A stretch of DNA of 64,000 nt from Patescibacteria group bacterium (GCA_024654525.1 JANLHI010000030.1:2886-66885); one strand, 5' to 3'. Shown: positions 8,803 through 19,435, counted from the first letter of the stretch. A program made the numbers and translations. The notes: generated by a model not told the origin, from the sequence alone.

Positions 8803-11800
8803 TTATGCGTACACGTTTACCTTCGTGTCGACGTAGTTATCATACACATGAAAATATACCTTCTGCGTTCGATCTTCGCAGTCGGGATCGGTATATGTCG
8901 GCTCCGGTAGCTCGTCGTAAAGTATCTTTGCAATAGTGACTTTGACATCAGCGCGCGTTTCTTCTTTCTTCTTCCAGTCCAGCACAAGCTTCTCTTGTTT
9001 TAGTCGAGCCAATAGCTCTTTAGCTACCTTTTTGACCTGATCAATCTCGCTCGGGTTTAAATTCTCTTTACGGAGAATGTCGAATACCGCCAGCTCTTCT
9101 TCGGTAAGGTTCTCTGAAACAGCACGGCGATCTTCATCGCTCAATTCCTTTGCAAGCTCTACTAGCTGGTTAAAGAAGGCATCAAGATCATGCGATCCGG
9201 TATTGTATTCGTGTAGGAGCTTATTTAGGCGGTCTAGGAAGTGTTTGCGGAGCTTGTTCTTGCGTACCATCTCTTTGATCTTCTCTTCCAGCTCGGCGCT
9301 CAATGCCTCAGCTTCAATGTTCTGCGTATCAGAATCATCAAAAAACTTCCTCAGTACCTCGAAGTCAATCTTGCTCAAGTCCTTAAGTTTCGGCACATCT
9401 TTGATCACATACTCGCCAGCGCGGATAGAGCGATCAAGTAGGTTTTCAAGATCCTTTTTCACCTGCGACACGTTTGTATCTTCATCGATCACCTCGCGGA
9501 TACGCGATGCAATAACTTTGTATGCCGTCACTTCGTGATAATAATCTTCCGCCTTCGGTTCCGGCAAAACTGCTTTGTAGTATTTGTACGCGTCACCAGC
9601 AAGATCAAGATATCGCTGCTTTGTTTTTTCATTTTGGAGGATGCGGTTTGTGAATACATCCACAAGCCGGATCTTCTCGACATCTTTTGCTTCGAGAAGG
9701 TCGTTGATATCCAGCTCGAGTGTCTTTAGAAATTGCCTTGTCTTTGCGACGGTAGCAAAAAGTATTTCCACCAGCTCATTTTTGTCTTTGATAATCTCAT
9801 CATCTCCGTCTTTTGTAGATGCATAAACTGCGAGTGCTTTTTGTAGGTTACGGAATACCCCGATGTAGTCGACGATCAAGCCATTCGTTTTATTTGGATA
9901 GACACGGTTTGCGCGAGCGATGGTTTGCATCAGCGTGTGATTCTTGAGTGGCTTATCGAGATAAAGCGTTGAAAGGTTCGGTACATCAAAGCCGGTCATC
10001 CACATCGCGCACACAAACACGATCCGCAGATTGCTATCCGGATCCTTAAACTTGGTTTCAAGATCTTCGTTTAGAATACGAGCGCGCAGTGGGCGCATGT
10101 CAATCTCGAATTCTTCCATGTCGGCAATTTCATTTTGGCTTTGGCTTACCACAACCGCCATGTCGATGTTCTCATATTTCTGAACCTGTTCTCTCAACAT
10201 TTCTTTCTCGTGGTCATCCTTTGCTTTGGTAACGGCGATATTCATCTTTGCTAGATGGCGCTGCATCTCTGCCTTCACTTTCGCGTACATGCGAATGGCA
10301 GTTTTCTTGTCGATAGAAACAACCATCGCCTTACCGTCATATCCACGAGCAGTAAAGTGCGTGACGATATCCTCTGCAACTTTATTAAGGCGATCTTCAC
10401 GTGTGATCAGATGATAGAAAGTCGAAAATTCCTGCTCAAGCTTCTCTTCTTCGTCGGTCGAGAGTTCATAGAAGTCCATCACTTTCTCAAGATCCTTTTG
10501 GATCTCCGGATTCTCATTTTCAAGTTTGGGTACTCGGTTTTCGTAGTAAAGAGGCACCGTAGCACCATCTTCTACCGACTGGGCGAAGTTATAGGTCGAC
10601 ACGTAGTCACCGAAGGTTTCTCGGGTCTTTTCTTCGCCCTTAGCCATCAGTGGCGTGCCTGTAAAGCCAATAAATGCGGCTTTGGGCATCGCTATGCGCA
10701 TATTCTGCGCCAAGCGGTCATATTGGGTACGATGCGCCTCATCTACCATCACAATGATGTCGCTGCGCTCTGAAAGCACCGGCGGTTTCTCTTCGGGCTT
10801 CGTACCGAATTTATGGATCAAAGAAAAGATGTGACGATGATCTTCAGTTAAGAGCTGGCGGAGATTGAGAATCGAATCAGCATGTACTTCTTCTTTATAT
10901 ACCGCACCGCAGGCAGAGAATGTTTTGTATATCTGCCTGTCGAGTTCAGTTCTGTCAGTTACGACAATGAAAGTGAAGTTGCCAGTCATCTTTCGTAGCA
11001 CCTTTTGCGAAAGGAAGATCATGGAGTACGACTTGCCGGATCCTTGCGTATGCCAAAAGACACCAAGTCGTCCGTGATTTTTGTCGCGATTCTTGATCTG
11101 ATCAAACGCCTGATTTACTCCGAGTAGCTGGAAGTAACGAGATATAGCTTTTACTCTCTCGCGGAAGGAATCATCAAACAGTGTGAAGTTTTCAATAATA
11201 TCGAGAAGTCGTGAAGGTTCACAAGTTCCTTTAATAACTGTTTCCAAACTCACGCGCCCTTCCTCACTCTCGCTCTTTATCTTTTTCCATTCATTAAAAT
11301 GCTCGTATGCGGAAGTGAGTGTTCCTACTTTAGTTTCGATGCCGTTAGAGAGGATGATAAAACCATTGTGCCAAAAGAGCTGCGGAATAGTGTCTTTATA
11401 ATCACGGATGTTTTCTTGATAGGCATTTCGTAGATTCTTATGTGATGCCTTCAGTTCGATCAATACGAGCGGTAAGCCATTCACGAAACCGATCAGATCG
11501 GGACGGCGCTTGTGAAGCTCTCCGGTGATCCACATTTGGGATACCAGCAAGAAGTCATTATTCGCTGCGTTTTCAAAATCAAAGACGCGGATGTTGATAC
11601 TTTCAAACGCGCCCTGCTCGGTTCGGATCTCTGTTTTGATTCCGTCTTTTATAAGCTTGTAGATGTCATGGTTAGCATTGACCATGCTTGCAGTAGAACG
11701 ATCGCGCGTGAGTTCAGTAATAGCTTGAGCGATTGCTTCCTGTGGCGCATCCGGATTGAGCTTCTCAAGTGCCAGCTTTAAGCGATTAACCAAAACAACC

Positions 11801-11937
11801 TGCCCTTGATTCTCACGCCCCAAAAGAGCATCTCCTTCTTCGGAGTAGGCATTGATAAAATTCTTAACACCCCAAGGCTCCGCAAAAATCTTTACGGCTG
11901 TTTGCTCAATTAAATTGTTTTCAGAAAATTCATTCAT
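8803..11937 (-). CDS. hsdR: Type I restriction enzyme R subunit
   Basis: RPD...IELK nuclease motif, WHTQGSGKS, DEAHR, FTGTP, TGFD, QTIARANR. Confidence 0.97.
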   Translation of the reverse strand: MNEFSENNLIEQTAVKIFAEPWGVKNFINAYSEEGDALLGRENQGQVVLVNRLKLALEKLNPDAPQEAIAQAITELTRDRSTASMVNANHDIYKLIKDGIKTEIRTEQGAFESINIRVFDFENAANNDFLLVSQMWITGELHKRRPDLIGFVNGLPLVLIELKASHKNLRNAYQENIRDYKDTIPQLFWHNGFIILSNGIETKVGTLTSAYEHFNEWKKIKSESEEGRVSLETVIKGTCEPSRLLDIIENFTLFDDSFRERVKAISRYFQLLGVNQAFDQIKNRDKNHGRLGVFWHTQGSGKSYSMIFLSQKVLRKMTGNFTFIVVTDRTELDRQIYKTFSACGAVYKEEVHADSILNLRQLLTEDHRHIFSLIHKFGTKPEEKPPVLSERSDIIVMVDEAHRTQYDRLAQNMRIAMPKAAFIGFTGTPLMAKGEEKTRETFGDYVSTYNFAQSVEDGATVPLYYENRVPKLENENPEIQKDLEKVMDFYELSTDEEEKLEQEFSTFYHLITREDRLNKVAEDIVTHFTARGYDGKAMVVSIDKKTAIRMYAKVKAEMQRHLAKMNIAVTKAKDDHEKEMLREQVQKYENIDMAVVVSQSQNEIADMEEFEIDMRPLRARILNEDLETKFKDPDSNLRIVFVCAMWMTGFDVPNLSTLYLDKPLKNHTLMQTIARANRVYPNKTNGLIVDYIGVFRNLQKALAVYASTKDGDDEIIKDKNELVEILFATVAKTRQFLKTLELDINDLLEAKDVEKIRLVDVFTNRILQNEKTKQRYLDLAGDAYKYYKAVLPEPKAEDYYHEVTAYKVIASRIREVIDEDTNVSQVKKDLENLLDRSIRAGEYVIKDVPKLKDLSKIDFEVLRKFFDDSDTQNIEAEALSAELEEKIKEMVRKNKLRKHFLDRLNKLLHEYNTGSHDLDAFFNQLVELAKELSDEDRRAVSENLTEEELAVFDILRKENLNPSEIDQVKKVAKELLARLKQEKLVLDWKKKEETRADVKVTIAKILYDELPEPTYTDPDCEDRTQKVYFHVYDNYVDTKVNVYA

Positions 11938-13175
11938 ATATTTATATTGCCGGTAACAAGCTTAGACAGTAAAGCGTCTTTGGAGTTTGATAATGAATCC
12001 ATTTGCTTATTTAAATTCAGCCCTAAATCTATAAGTGCGCTGACTAAATTCTCATATTCAGTTACTAATGAGATAGGAGGTAAAACCATTTTTAAATTCA
12101 GTGTCTGCACGGGACTTAAATTTTGTTGTGCCACACCATTTGAAAGCAATTCGAGTTTTTTCTTAAAAGATTCCGATCGAAAAAGTGAATATACAAAACT
12201 CTTATACACCGCATCTTTTGGAACGATCTTTCCTACGCGCTGGTTGAGCAGGAGATTTTCACCGTAAACAATGCAAACGCGTCCAACATTTCCGGTTAAT
12301 GACAGCAAAATATCACCATCGTTGAGTCGGCAATGATCCGGCATTTTTGGGGGAATTTCGGCAATGTAGTTAAAATCGGAAATAAATTTACCATCATGTA
12401 TATTTTTTATTGTTATGATTCTGTATAGCCCTGTTGTAACATAATCTTTCCCCTTAAAAGCATGGCCAGATTTAATATCCAAAATTGATTCTAAATTACA
12501 AATTTTCCATCCTTCTGGGATCTTCCCAAATTCGGTACCGCTATCAACCATTTTAATTTTCTCGTGATTGGGAAAGCGATAATTTACGAACCATTCAGTG
12601 TAAATAACCTGCATCATCAGCTCCAATATCTTGATCCGGCGAGTGTTATTTTCGATAAGATCATCATAAGGAGATAGATGATTAACGATACTCTCTTGAA
12701 CCTGAATCGGTGGAAGTGACAATTCGATATTCAAAAGATCCGACACTTTTACGCTTGGTTGAGCGGCGCCTCGATCCAATTCGGTTATCTTGTTTTTATT
12801 GAAAAATAGAAAATAATATAAAAACTCGTTTAAGCAACCCTTGCCGCATCTTATGCCTATTGTATTTTGAATTATCACACTCTTTTTCTTAGGTGCTAGA
12901 GCAACATTCCCAAAACCATTACCAACAAGTGTTACAAGAACATCCTTCTCTTTGAGGTATTTTCTTATAAAATCGTGAAATGTTTTTTCATCAATAAATC
13001 TTCTTGCGTTTGCTAAAGCCACGGATCTCGTACCAGTTATCAGGAAATTATCGATAACGGGAATTCCTTCATTATAAAAAGCTTGTGGATTTTTCCCTCT
13101 GTTATCAACAATGTAATCTACCAAAGCACTTAGCTTTGTATTATTCCAATTATTTTTTGCAGCAGTGATGGTCAT
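11934..13175 (-). CDS. hsdS: Type I restriction enzyme S subunit
   Basis: Two TRDs with conserved LPP...Q and GKIPEGW spacers; AT-rich; ATG at 13175. Confidence 0.93.
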   Translation of the reverse strand: MTITAAKNNWNNTKLSALVDYIVDNRGKNPQAFYNEGIPVIDNFLITGTRSVALANARRFIDEKTFHDFIRKYLKEKDVLVTLVGNGFGNVALAPKKKSVIIQNTIGIRCGKGCLNEFLYYFLFFNKNKITELDRGAAQPSVKVSDLLNIELSLPPIQVQESIVNHLSPYDDLIENNTRRIKILELMMQVIYTEWFVNYRFPNHEKIKMVDSGTEFGKIPEGWKICNLESILDIKSGHAFKGKDYVTTGLYRIITIKNIHDGKFISDFNYIAEIPPKMPDHCRLNDGDILLSLTGNVGRVCIVYGENLLLNQRVGKIVPKDAVYKSFVYSLFRSESFKKKLELLSNGVAQQNLSPVQTLNLKMVLPPISLVTEYENLVSALIDLGLNLNKQMDSLSNSKDALLSKLVTGNINI

Positions 13176-13176
13176 A

Positions 13177-14703
13177 TCAGAATAACTTTCCAAAATTCTT
13201 GCTAATTTTATTCTCAAGACCATGCGCTTCTTCTGTGAGCTTCTCAAGCTCTGTATTTATCCCTCGTACAGTCGTTTCAAAATCGACGTCGCTTACGTTC
13301 TCATTATCTGCTGCGCCAACATATCGACCAGAATTTAAGGAATAACCAGCCGCGCGCACTTCTTCAAGGGCGGCTACCTTGCAAAGCCCCTTAATATCTG
13401 TGTATTTCTTTATACCTTCTCCGCGATAGCTACGCACGATATCGGCTATTTGCTGTATCTGTTCCTCCGTCCAGTCGCGATGCGCGCGATCAATTTGATG
13501 GTAGATATTTCGCGCATCAATGAAAAGAATTTTATCCTTGCGATCAGTTTTCTTTTTACCTTTGTCTAGGAACCACAAGGTAACTGGCAAGGTGACGTTG
13601 TAGAACATGTTTGATCCTACGGCGACCATTACATCAACCACGCCATCATCAATCATTTTTGCGCGAATATCCTTTTCGCTGTGTCCGGCATCGCTTGCAG
13701 AGTTAGCCATAACAAAACCAGCACGACCAGTATTTTTTAATGCACTCAAGAAAATCTGAATCCAAAGAAAGTTTCCATTATCAGTGCGAGGCAAGCCATG
13801 CGGAAAGCGAGGATCATCTTTAATGCGCTCCTTGTCGATACCATTCACGTTGAAAGGAGGATTCGCCATAGCGAAGTCAAACTTCCCAAGTGAACGATGT
13901 AGATCTTCGTAGTAGGTATTGCCTTGTTTGATATCACCGGATAGACCGTGAATCGCAAGGTTCATCTTTGCAATGCGAACCGTTTGGTCAGTTTTCTCTT
14001 GACCGTAGATAGATACTTCACGCGCCGCTTTTAACTTCTTTCCTTTCTCAAAATGACGCTTGATGAACTCAACAGATTGCACAAACATACCACCGGATCC
14101 GCAGGCAGGATCGTAAATATATCCCTTGAACGGCTCAAGAATTTCGACGATCAGCTTAACAATAGAAGTCGGTGTGAAGAACTCACCACCGCCTGATCCG
14201 TCTGCGATGGCGAACTTACCCAAGAAGTATTCATAAATAAGACCGAAGGCATCACCTTCAATCGTGTCCGGAATCTGATTGAAATTTTTGAGAAGTGAGA
14301 TGATAGCTGAATTTTCCAGCAAGTTGTAATTCTTCGGTAGGATACCAGCAAGCTCTTTGTTTTCTCCTTCAATAGTTTTCATCGCATCATTTACTGCCTT
14401 ACCCATGTTTGTACCTTCAGGAAGGGTTATGAGATGTGAGTAGTGAGCGCCTTCAGGAATATACAAAACGCCACGAGAGTGATAATCCTCGGGCGTGATA
14501 GGACGCTGGCGCTTGGATGTTGCTTTTGCACGCTCTGCCTCAAGATCCTTTTTAGCGGCGATAAATTTAACGTCGGCAAACTTCAAGAAGATAAGCCCCA
14601 AAACCGGTTCGGCAAACTCATTCAAGCGAAGCGCAGAATTAGCGCGGAGATGATCCGCCGCTTCCCACAATCTACTCTCGAGTTGTTTGGTATCTGATGA
14701 CAT
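13177..14703 (-). CDS. hsdM: Type I restriction enzyme M subunit
   Basis: LWEAADHLR, GEFFTP, YDPACGSGG, ANPPF. Confidence 0.97.
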   Translation of the reverse strand: MSSDTKQLESRLWEAADHLRANSALRLNEFAEPVLGLIFLKFADVKFIAAKKDLEAERAKATSKRQRPITPEDYHSRGVLYIPEGAHYSHLITLPEGTNMGKAVNDAMKTIEGENKELAGILPKNYNLLENSAIISLLKNFNQIPDTIEGDAFGLIYEYFLGKFAIADGSGGGEFFTPTSIVKLIVEILEPFKGYIYDPACGSGGMFVQSVEFIKRHFEKGKKLKAAREVSIYGQEKTDQTVRIAKMNLAIHGLSGDIKQGNTYYEDLHRSLGKFDFAMANPPFNVNGIDKERIKDDPRFPHGLPRTDNGNFLWIQIFLSALKNTGRAGFVMANSASDAGHSEKDIRAKMIDDGVVDVMVAVGSNMFYNVTLPVTLWFLDKGKKKTDRKDKILFIDARNIYHQIDRAHRDWTEEQIQQIADIVRSYRGEGIKKYTDIKGLCKVAALEEVRAAGYSLNSGRYVGAADNENVSDVDFETTVRGINTELEKLTEEAHGLENKISKNFGKLF

Positions 14704-14706
14704 AAG

Positions 14707-14910
14707 TTATTTTTGGCTTTGTTTAAGAAATTTTAATATGTCTTCTTTCTTATAGCGTCTATCCCGCCGACTTCCAAAACGCATTGCTTTTAATATGCCA
14801 CGGTTGTCCCACTTGCGGAGAGTATTAGGATGACAATTCAGAATCTCGCAGGCCTGTTGAAGCGTGAGAATATCGGGCATCTGTTTTATTTTAGGGCGCT
14901 GTTTTTTCAT
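14707..14910 (-). CDS. MerR-like / excisionase-type HTH protein
   Basis: LTLQQACEILNCHPNTLRKWD...RRY; divergent from the recombinase. Confidence 0.8.
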   Translation of the reverse strand: MKKQRPKIKQMPDILTLQQACEILNCHPNTLRKWDNRGILKAMRFGSRRDRRYKKEDILKFLKQSQK

Positions 14911-15042
14911 AAAAGCATAACTTAACACAAGTTTACACGACAATTTAAGCATTGTAAAGAGCTTTTAAGGGGTTTTGGTTGCCTACGGGTTATCAACTAC
15001 CCCGTCTGGACTCCCTAGCGGGTTTGCGTCATCTCTTAGGGT

Positions 15043-16380
15043 ATGACCAACCAAACTACAGGGCCGGTGGGAGCTGTGGCCCAAACACAAATCCAGCTTC
15101 CCATAAAGGTCAAATACGTGCTCTATGCGAGGAAAAGCACGGAAAGCGAGGAACAGCAGATCCTTTCCATAGACAGCCAGATCAAGGAGATGCTCCAGAT
15201 GGCCGAACGTGACCATCTGGAGGTGGTAGAGATCAAGAAAGAGTCGCACTCGGCAAAGGAAGCGGGGCAACGTCCAGTGTTCAATGAGATCGTCGATGAA
15301 ATCAAAAGTGGCAAATTCAACGGAATACTTACATGGGCGGCAGACCGTATATCGAGAAACGCCGGAGACCTCGGAAGAATCGTGGACCTCATGGACAGCG
15401 GAAAGTTGATTGAGATACGCACCTACGGGCAGAAGTTCACCAACAGCCCGAACGAGAAGTTCCTCCTTATGATATTGGGCTCGCAGGCTAAGCTCGAGAA
15501 CGACAATAAGGTGGTGAATGTGAAGCGCGGGTTAAGGGCGCGATGCGAGATGGGGCTATGGCCATGCACGGCACCGACGGGATACCTGAACAGCACGATT
15601 AAGGAGAAAAGCTGCCATGTAGAAATTGATCCCCACAGGGCTCCCATGATTAAGAAGATGTTTGAGAAAGTGGCCTACGAGAACATGAGCGGGCGACGGC
15701 TTCACGCATGGCTCAAGGACGAGGCTAAGTTCCGGGTAAGGAGTGGCAAGCCGCTCACGATCAGCAATATATACATCACTCTGCGAAATACTTTCTACTA
15801 CGGCTCATTCGAATATCCGAGAGGCGGTGGGCAGTGGTATGCCGGGAAGCATATGCCCATCATCACCAAGGAACTCTTCGACAAGGTGCAGGAGAAAATG
15901 GCTAACTATGCGGTGCGCGGGGAAACAAAGGAATTCGCCTTCACGAAACTCATGACCTGCGGACTATGCGGATCTGGTATCACGGCCGATGAGAAATTCA
16001 AGAAACAACAAAATGGCAATGTACACAGGTACGTCTACTACGGTTGCTGCCGGTTCCAGGATAAGAACTGCAAATCGGGATATATGCGAGAAGAAGATCT
16101 GATCGAGCAGCTCGCAAAGCTGATGGATAAAATTGACCTCGATGAGATCGGCATGAAGGAGCGGATTAAAATTGAAATCGAACGGCACAAGAAATTCCAG
16201 TCGGGACTTTTGGGGATAAAGGAAAAGACGATCAAAGTCGGCGACATTGACGTGCGAAATTACGCGAAGTACGTGTTGCGAGACGGAACGATACTTGAGA
16301 AGCGAGAGTTGTTATCTTGCCTGCGTAGTAAGGTGACGATGGCGGAGAGAGAAGTGAAGATTGCTCAAGCTAAGACTTAA
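15043..16380 (+). CDS. Large serine recombinase (resolvase + recombinase + Zn ribbon)
   Basis: YARKSTE catalytic Ser, DRISRN, APTGY, CGLCG...YYGC...C. Confidence 0.95.
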   Translation: MTNQTTGPVGAVAQTQIQLPIKVKYVLYARKSTESEEQQILSIDSQIKEMLQMAERDHLEVVEIKKESHSAKEAGQRPVFNEIVDEIKSGKFNGILTWAADRISRNAGDLGRIVDLMDSGKLIEIRTYGQKFTNSPNEKFLLMILGSQAKLENDNKVVNVKRGLRARCEMGLWPCTAPTGYLNSTIKEKSCHVEIDPHRAPMIKKMFEKVAYENMSGRRLHAWLKDEAKFRVRSGKPLTISNIYITLRNTFYYGSFEYPRGGGQWYAGKHMPIITKELFDKVQEKMANYAVRGETKEFAFTKLMTCGLCGSGITADEKFKKQQNGNVHRYVYYGCCRFQDKNCKSGYMREEDLIEQLAKLMDKIDLDEIGMKERIKIEIERHKKFQSGLLGIKEKTIKVGDIDVRNYAKYVLRDGTILEKRELLSCLRSKVTMAEREVKIAQAKT

Positions 16381-16470
16381 AAAGGCTTTGCCTGCATTTA
16401 TCAAATCGACATCTTCGAGTTTTACATATTGGATCAGTGTGACTTACAATAACGAAAACAAGAAATACTC

Positions 16471-17175
16471 ATGTACATTAAAAATATCAACAAAAGGCAA
16501 TTTATTTGCTTCACTCAAAACGAGTTATCTTCGCTTTATAAAGCAGCAAAGTTAAAGCAACTTATGCAGGAAATGAGCGCGAGAGGTGTCACATTGAAAG
16601 ACTTGGCGGGCAATCACTCTAGGATGGAGGAAATCGCTAACATGGTTGGCGACCGAGGGGCGGCAGACCGAGACGAACACGAGATTTTCGCTGGTCTCTT
16701 TGTGTTCGCCCAATTTTATGGAAATGATAGTGAAATATGCTTCGAGCTGCAGGACTCATTCAGTCCACAAAGAGATAGGATTGTATCTCTGGCCGATCTG
16801 ATTAATCTAAGGAAAACAGACACTGAATCCGATTTTATGATTAAGGCAGAAGATGGATTTAGAGATTTTCAGTTGAAGCGTTATCGTGGCCCGCTTCAAA
16901 CGCAGGCGATCCTCGATTTCATTATTGGAGTGGTGCGACACTATGGAAATAATTTAGGCGACACGAATTTGCTTATACAGCTTCAGTCTCCGTCTTACAC
17001 CCACATGGACGCCGACTTTCACGATTTGCACAACCAGATAGCATCGATCGGTTTTCCTTTCTTGGGGCAAGTTCTAGTTTCTTACAACGACAACAATAAA
17101 AGCCAGGCAATTATTCAAGTACATCCCAAATTGACGAAAACAGAAATCCCGTTATTACTCCCAAGCCAACGATGA
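16471..17175 (+). CDS. Hypothetical protein, possible PD-(D/E)XK nuclease fold
   Basis: 234 aa; E...SDFMIK...DFQLKRY spacing. Confidence 0.55.
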   Translation: MYIKNINKRQFICFTQNELSSLYKAAKLKQLMQEMSARGVTLKDLAGNHSRMEEIANMVGDRGAADRDEHEIFAGLFVFAQFYGNDSEICFELQDSFSPQRDRIVSLADLINLRKTDTESDFMIKAEDGFRDFQLKRYRGPLQTQAILDFIIGVVRHYGNNLGDTNLLIQLQSPSYTHMDADFHDLHNQIASIGFPFLGQVLVSYNDNNKSQAIIQVHPKLTKTEIPLLLPSQR

Positions 17176-17912
17176 CTTGTAAACTTTGCCTACAGGATAA
17201 ACAGCTCCTGAAAAAATCTCATATTATTCCGAACTTTATGTACGGCGACCTTTTCGACGGCGATCATAGTCTGTTCAAAGTTCGCCTTTCTGATTGGAGT
17301 AAGCAGAAGCTTCAGACAGGGGAATACGAGGCGAATATCCTTTGTGCTAATTGTGATAACAAGCTTATTGGTGGATTAGAAAATTATGCCTGCCAGGTAC
17401 TCTATGGAGGGAAAATTAATGGCGTAGAAATGCGCAATGAGATAAACCAAAATGGTGTCGAGTTCACTTATGCAAAAGGCATAGACTATAAAAAGTTTAA
17501 GCTATTCCTTTTATCATTAGTGTGGCGGTGCAGTATCTCGAAAAGAGTTTTTTACAAGCAAGTTGAACTGGGACAAAAGCACGAAGAAACGATAAGGGCG
17601 ATGATCTACGGTGGCGATCCAGGAAAACAAATGGATTATCCATGCTTTATTAGTTCCTATCGAAAACACAACGAATTGCCAGCGAAAGTAATAAGCCAGC
17701 CGACTAAATTTCGCCATGACGGTGGCGTTGCTTATTCGATTATCCTCGGAGGTATTGTCTATATGTATTACATTTCGAAGCACTCTGTCCCACAGGTAAT
17801 ATCCGAAACGGTCATCAATGAGCACGGCGAACTGAAAATTGTGCATATGCCACTTGACCAAGCAAAAAATCTTCTGAACCACTACACACAACATAGGGTT
17901 TTCCCCGTTTAG
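17172..17912 (+). CDS. HNH-like Zn-binding protein
   Basis: CKLC...SHIIP...LCANCDN. Confidence 0.7.
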   Translation: MTCKLCLQDKQLLKKSHIIPNFMYGDLFDGDHSLFKVRLSDWSKQKLQTGEYEANILCANCDNKLIGGLENYACQVLYGGKINGVEMRNEINQNGVEFTYAKGIDYKKFKLFLLSLVWRCSISKRVFYKQVELGQKHEETIRAMIYGGDPGKQMDYPCFISSYRKHNELPAKVISQPTKFRHDGGVAYSIILGGIVYMYYISKHSVPQVISETVINEHGELKIVHMPLDQAKNLLNHYTQHRVFPV

Positions 17913-17997
17913 GCAAAAACCAGTCAATAGATTGATCGGTTATGGAAACACGGGAGACCGGGCTTTCCAAGCCCGCTCGGTCGGTCTCACATGCCTG

Positions 17998-18069
17998 TGC
18001 CCTCGAGAGGAATCGAACCTCTATCTTCACGTTAGGAGTGTGAAGCTCTATCCATTGAGCTACGAGGGC
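17998..18069 (-). tRNA. tRNA-Arg(CCT)
   Basis: GCCCTCG/CGAGGGC acceptor, TGGA D-loop, CTCCTAA anticodon loop, GGTTCGATTCC T-arm. Confidence 0.9.
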
Positions 18070-18183
18070 ATATATAGCGTACTTATTCAATTTATCATTG
18101 CAGAAAGTTCTTTATGAAGCAAACCACCTTTCTTTAATGAATGTATTACAATATAGAAGAACGTATTTACTCTATCCGAATAT

Positions 18184-18402
18184 ATGCGACACCATCTTCA
18201 AAAATTTCACGATCGTATTTCCGAGAAGTATCCGCGGTTTAAGTTCGCAATAGGAATCTTTTTTATACTCTTTGGATTGCTTGCATTAGTCACGCCACTC
18301 ACGCCCGGATCATGGCTTGCGCTTGTGGGGCTTGAGCTTATTGGCATCCGCGTACTCACGGGGAAGTGGTGGGGAAAATTCTTTTCAAAATCTAAAAAAT
18401 AA
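18184..18402 (+). CDS. Small membrane protein (PGPGW-like)
   Basis: 72 aa, two TM segments around TPLTPGSW. Confidence 0.7.
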   Translation: MRHHLQKFHDRISEKYPRFKFAIGIFFILFGLLALVTPLTPGSWLALVGLELIGIRVLTGKWWGKFFSKSKK

Positions 18403-18413
18403 AACAGGGGAGT

Positions 18414-19103
18414 CTATGCGTTTGGTCTTTTGAGTACTAAATCCATTTCGGGGGAATCTGATTGCAGGTTCTCGATTACTTTTTTTGCAACGGGCATAAC
18501 TTCCATGTATTCGCGAAAATCTGCGGGATATTCCTCTTTATATATTTCCGTTTGCATACCACCGGGGAACACACCGTAGACTTGTATATTCGAGTTTTTC
18601 AGTTCTTTGCGAATTGATTCGGTCAAGCTCCTCACTGCAAATTTTGAAGACGAGTATGCGGCGATGCCCGGTTTTCCTTCAAGTCCGGCAGTAGAATTGA
18701 TATTGATAATTACGCCTTTCCCTTTTTCTTTCATATAAGAGAGAGCAACCTGACAGCCATACACATATCCAAAGAAATTAACCGCAAACAAGTGATGCAT
18801 TTTTTCAATATCAATATCTTCCACAAGGCTTGGTGCAATTTGAACACCGGCGTTGTTAATCCATATATCAATCGTGTGATATTTCTCAAAAACATATTTA
18901 GCGAATTCTCTCGTCTCATTTATAGAAGTAGCATTTGCCACAAAAGAATCACAGGATAATTTTTTCGCTGTATTTTGAAGTGCTGTTGCGTCATGACCGC
19001 TAATCACCACGTGAGCTCCGGAAGCAATACAAAGTTCCGCAAGTGCTTTGCCGAACCCTCGACTTCCGCCGGTTATAACAATGACTTTTTCTTTTAAATC
19101 CAT
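18414..19103 (-). CDS. SDR family oxidoreductase
   Basis: TGGSRGFG, NNAG, YSSSK. Confidence 0.93.
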   Translation of the reverse strand: MDLKEKVIVITGGSRGFGKALAELCIASGAHVVISGHDATALQNTAKKLSCDSFVANATSINETREFAKYVFEKYHTIDIWINNAGVQIAPSLVEDIDIEKMHHLFAVNFFGYVYGCQVALSYMKEKGKGVIININSTAGLEGKPGIAAYSSSKFAVRSLTESIRKELKNSNIQVYGVFPGGMQTEIYKEEYPADFREYMEVMPVAKKVIENLQSDSPEMDLVLKRPNA

Positions 19104-19151
19104 AATGTGAGATATAGTGTTTCCTGTGGTGATGATGTCTTGAAATTAGAA

Positions 19152-19224
19152 CCGACTTCGGCTCGCCGAAGCTTCGTTCCGGCGTACTTTATCTCGTCGT
19201 AGCCGAGCTATAGCGAGACGAAGG
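19152..19224. repeat. REP-like palindromic repeat cluster
   Basis: CTTCGGCTCGCCGAAGCTTCG and TCTCGTCGTAGCCGAGCTATAGCGAGACGAAGG hairpins resemble the repeats at 31899 and 32297. Confidence 0.55.
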
Positions 19225-19435
19225 TAGTATTCATTATACAAAAGAACCTTTTTTAAAACCAATCCTGACGAGGAAATCTGAACTGCACCCCGCCTCTTTT
19301 TTCTGGGGGAATGGTGATGCGTCGTTAGAATCCATTAGAAGAAGAACATAAGGATTTTTATGTTTTTCTTCCCAAATTTTTTGCTGATCAGAATGTGAAA
19401 TTATGTTTTGCATATCTGATGAAATCGTTTCTTTT

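Larger units (their letters stand above)
1..17997. mobile_element. Integrative element / defence island (phage-satellite-like) adjoining the tRNA-Arg(CCT) 3' end; left boundary lies outside the window
   Basis: Large serine recombinase, excisionase-like HTH, LexA, terminase subunits, methyltransferases, type I R-M and TIR genes; block stops at the tRNA 3' end. No att duplicate seen in the window. Confidence 0.75.

Noticed and set aside
17998-18069. tRNA-Arg as a pseudogene because of an A-C mismatch at the base of the anticodon stem
   Set aside because: All other arms are intact; one mismatch is not enough to call it non-functional.
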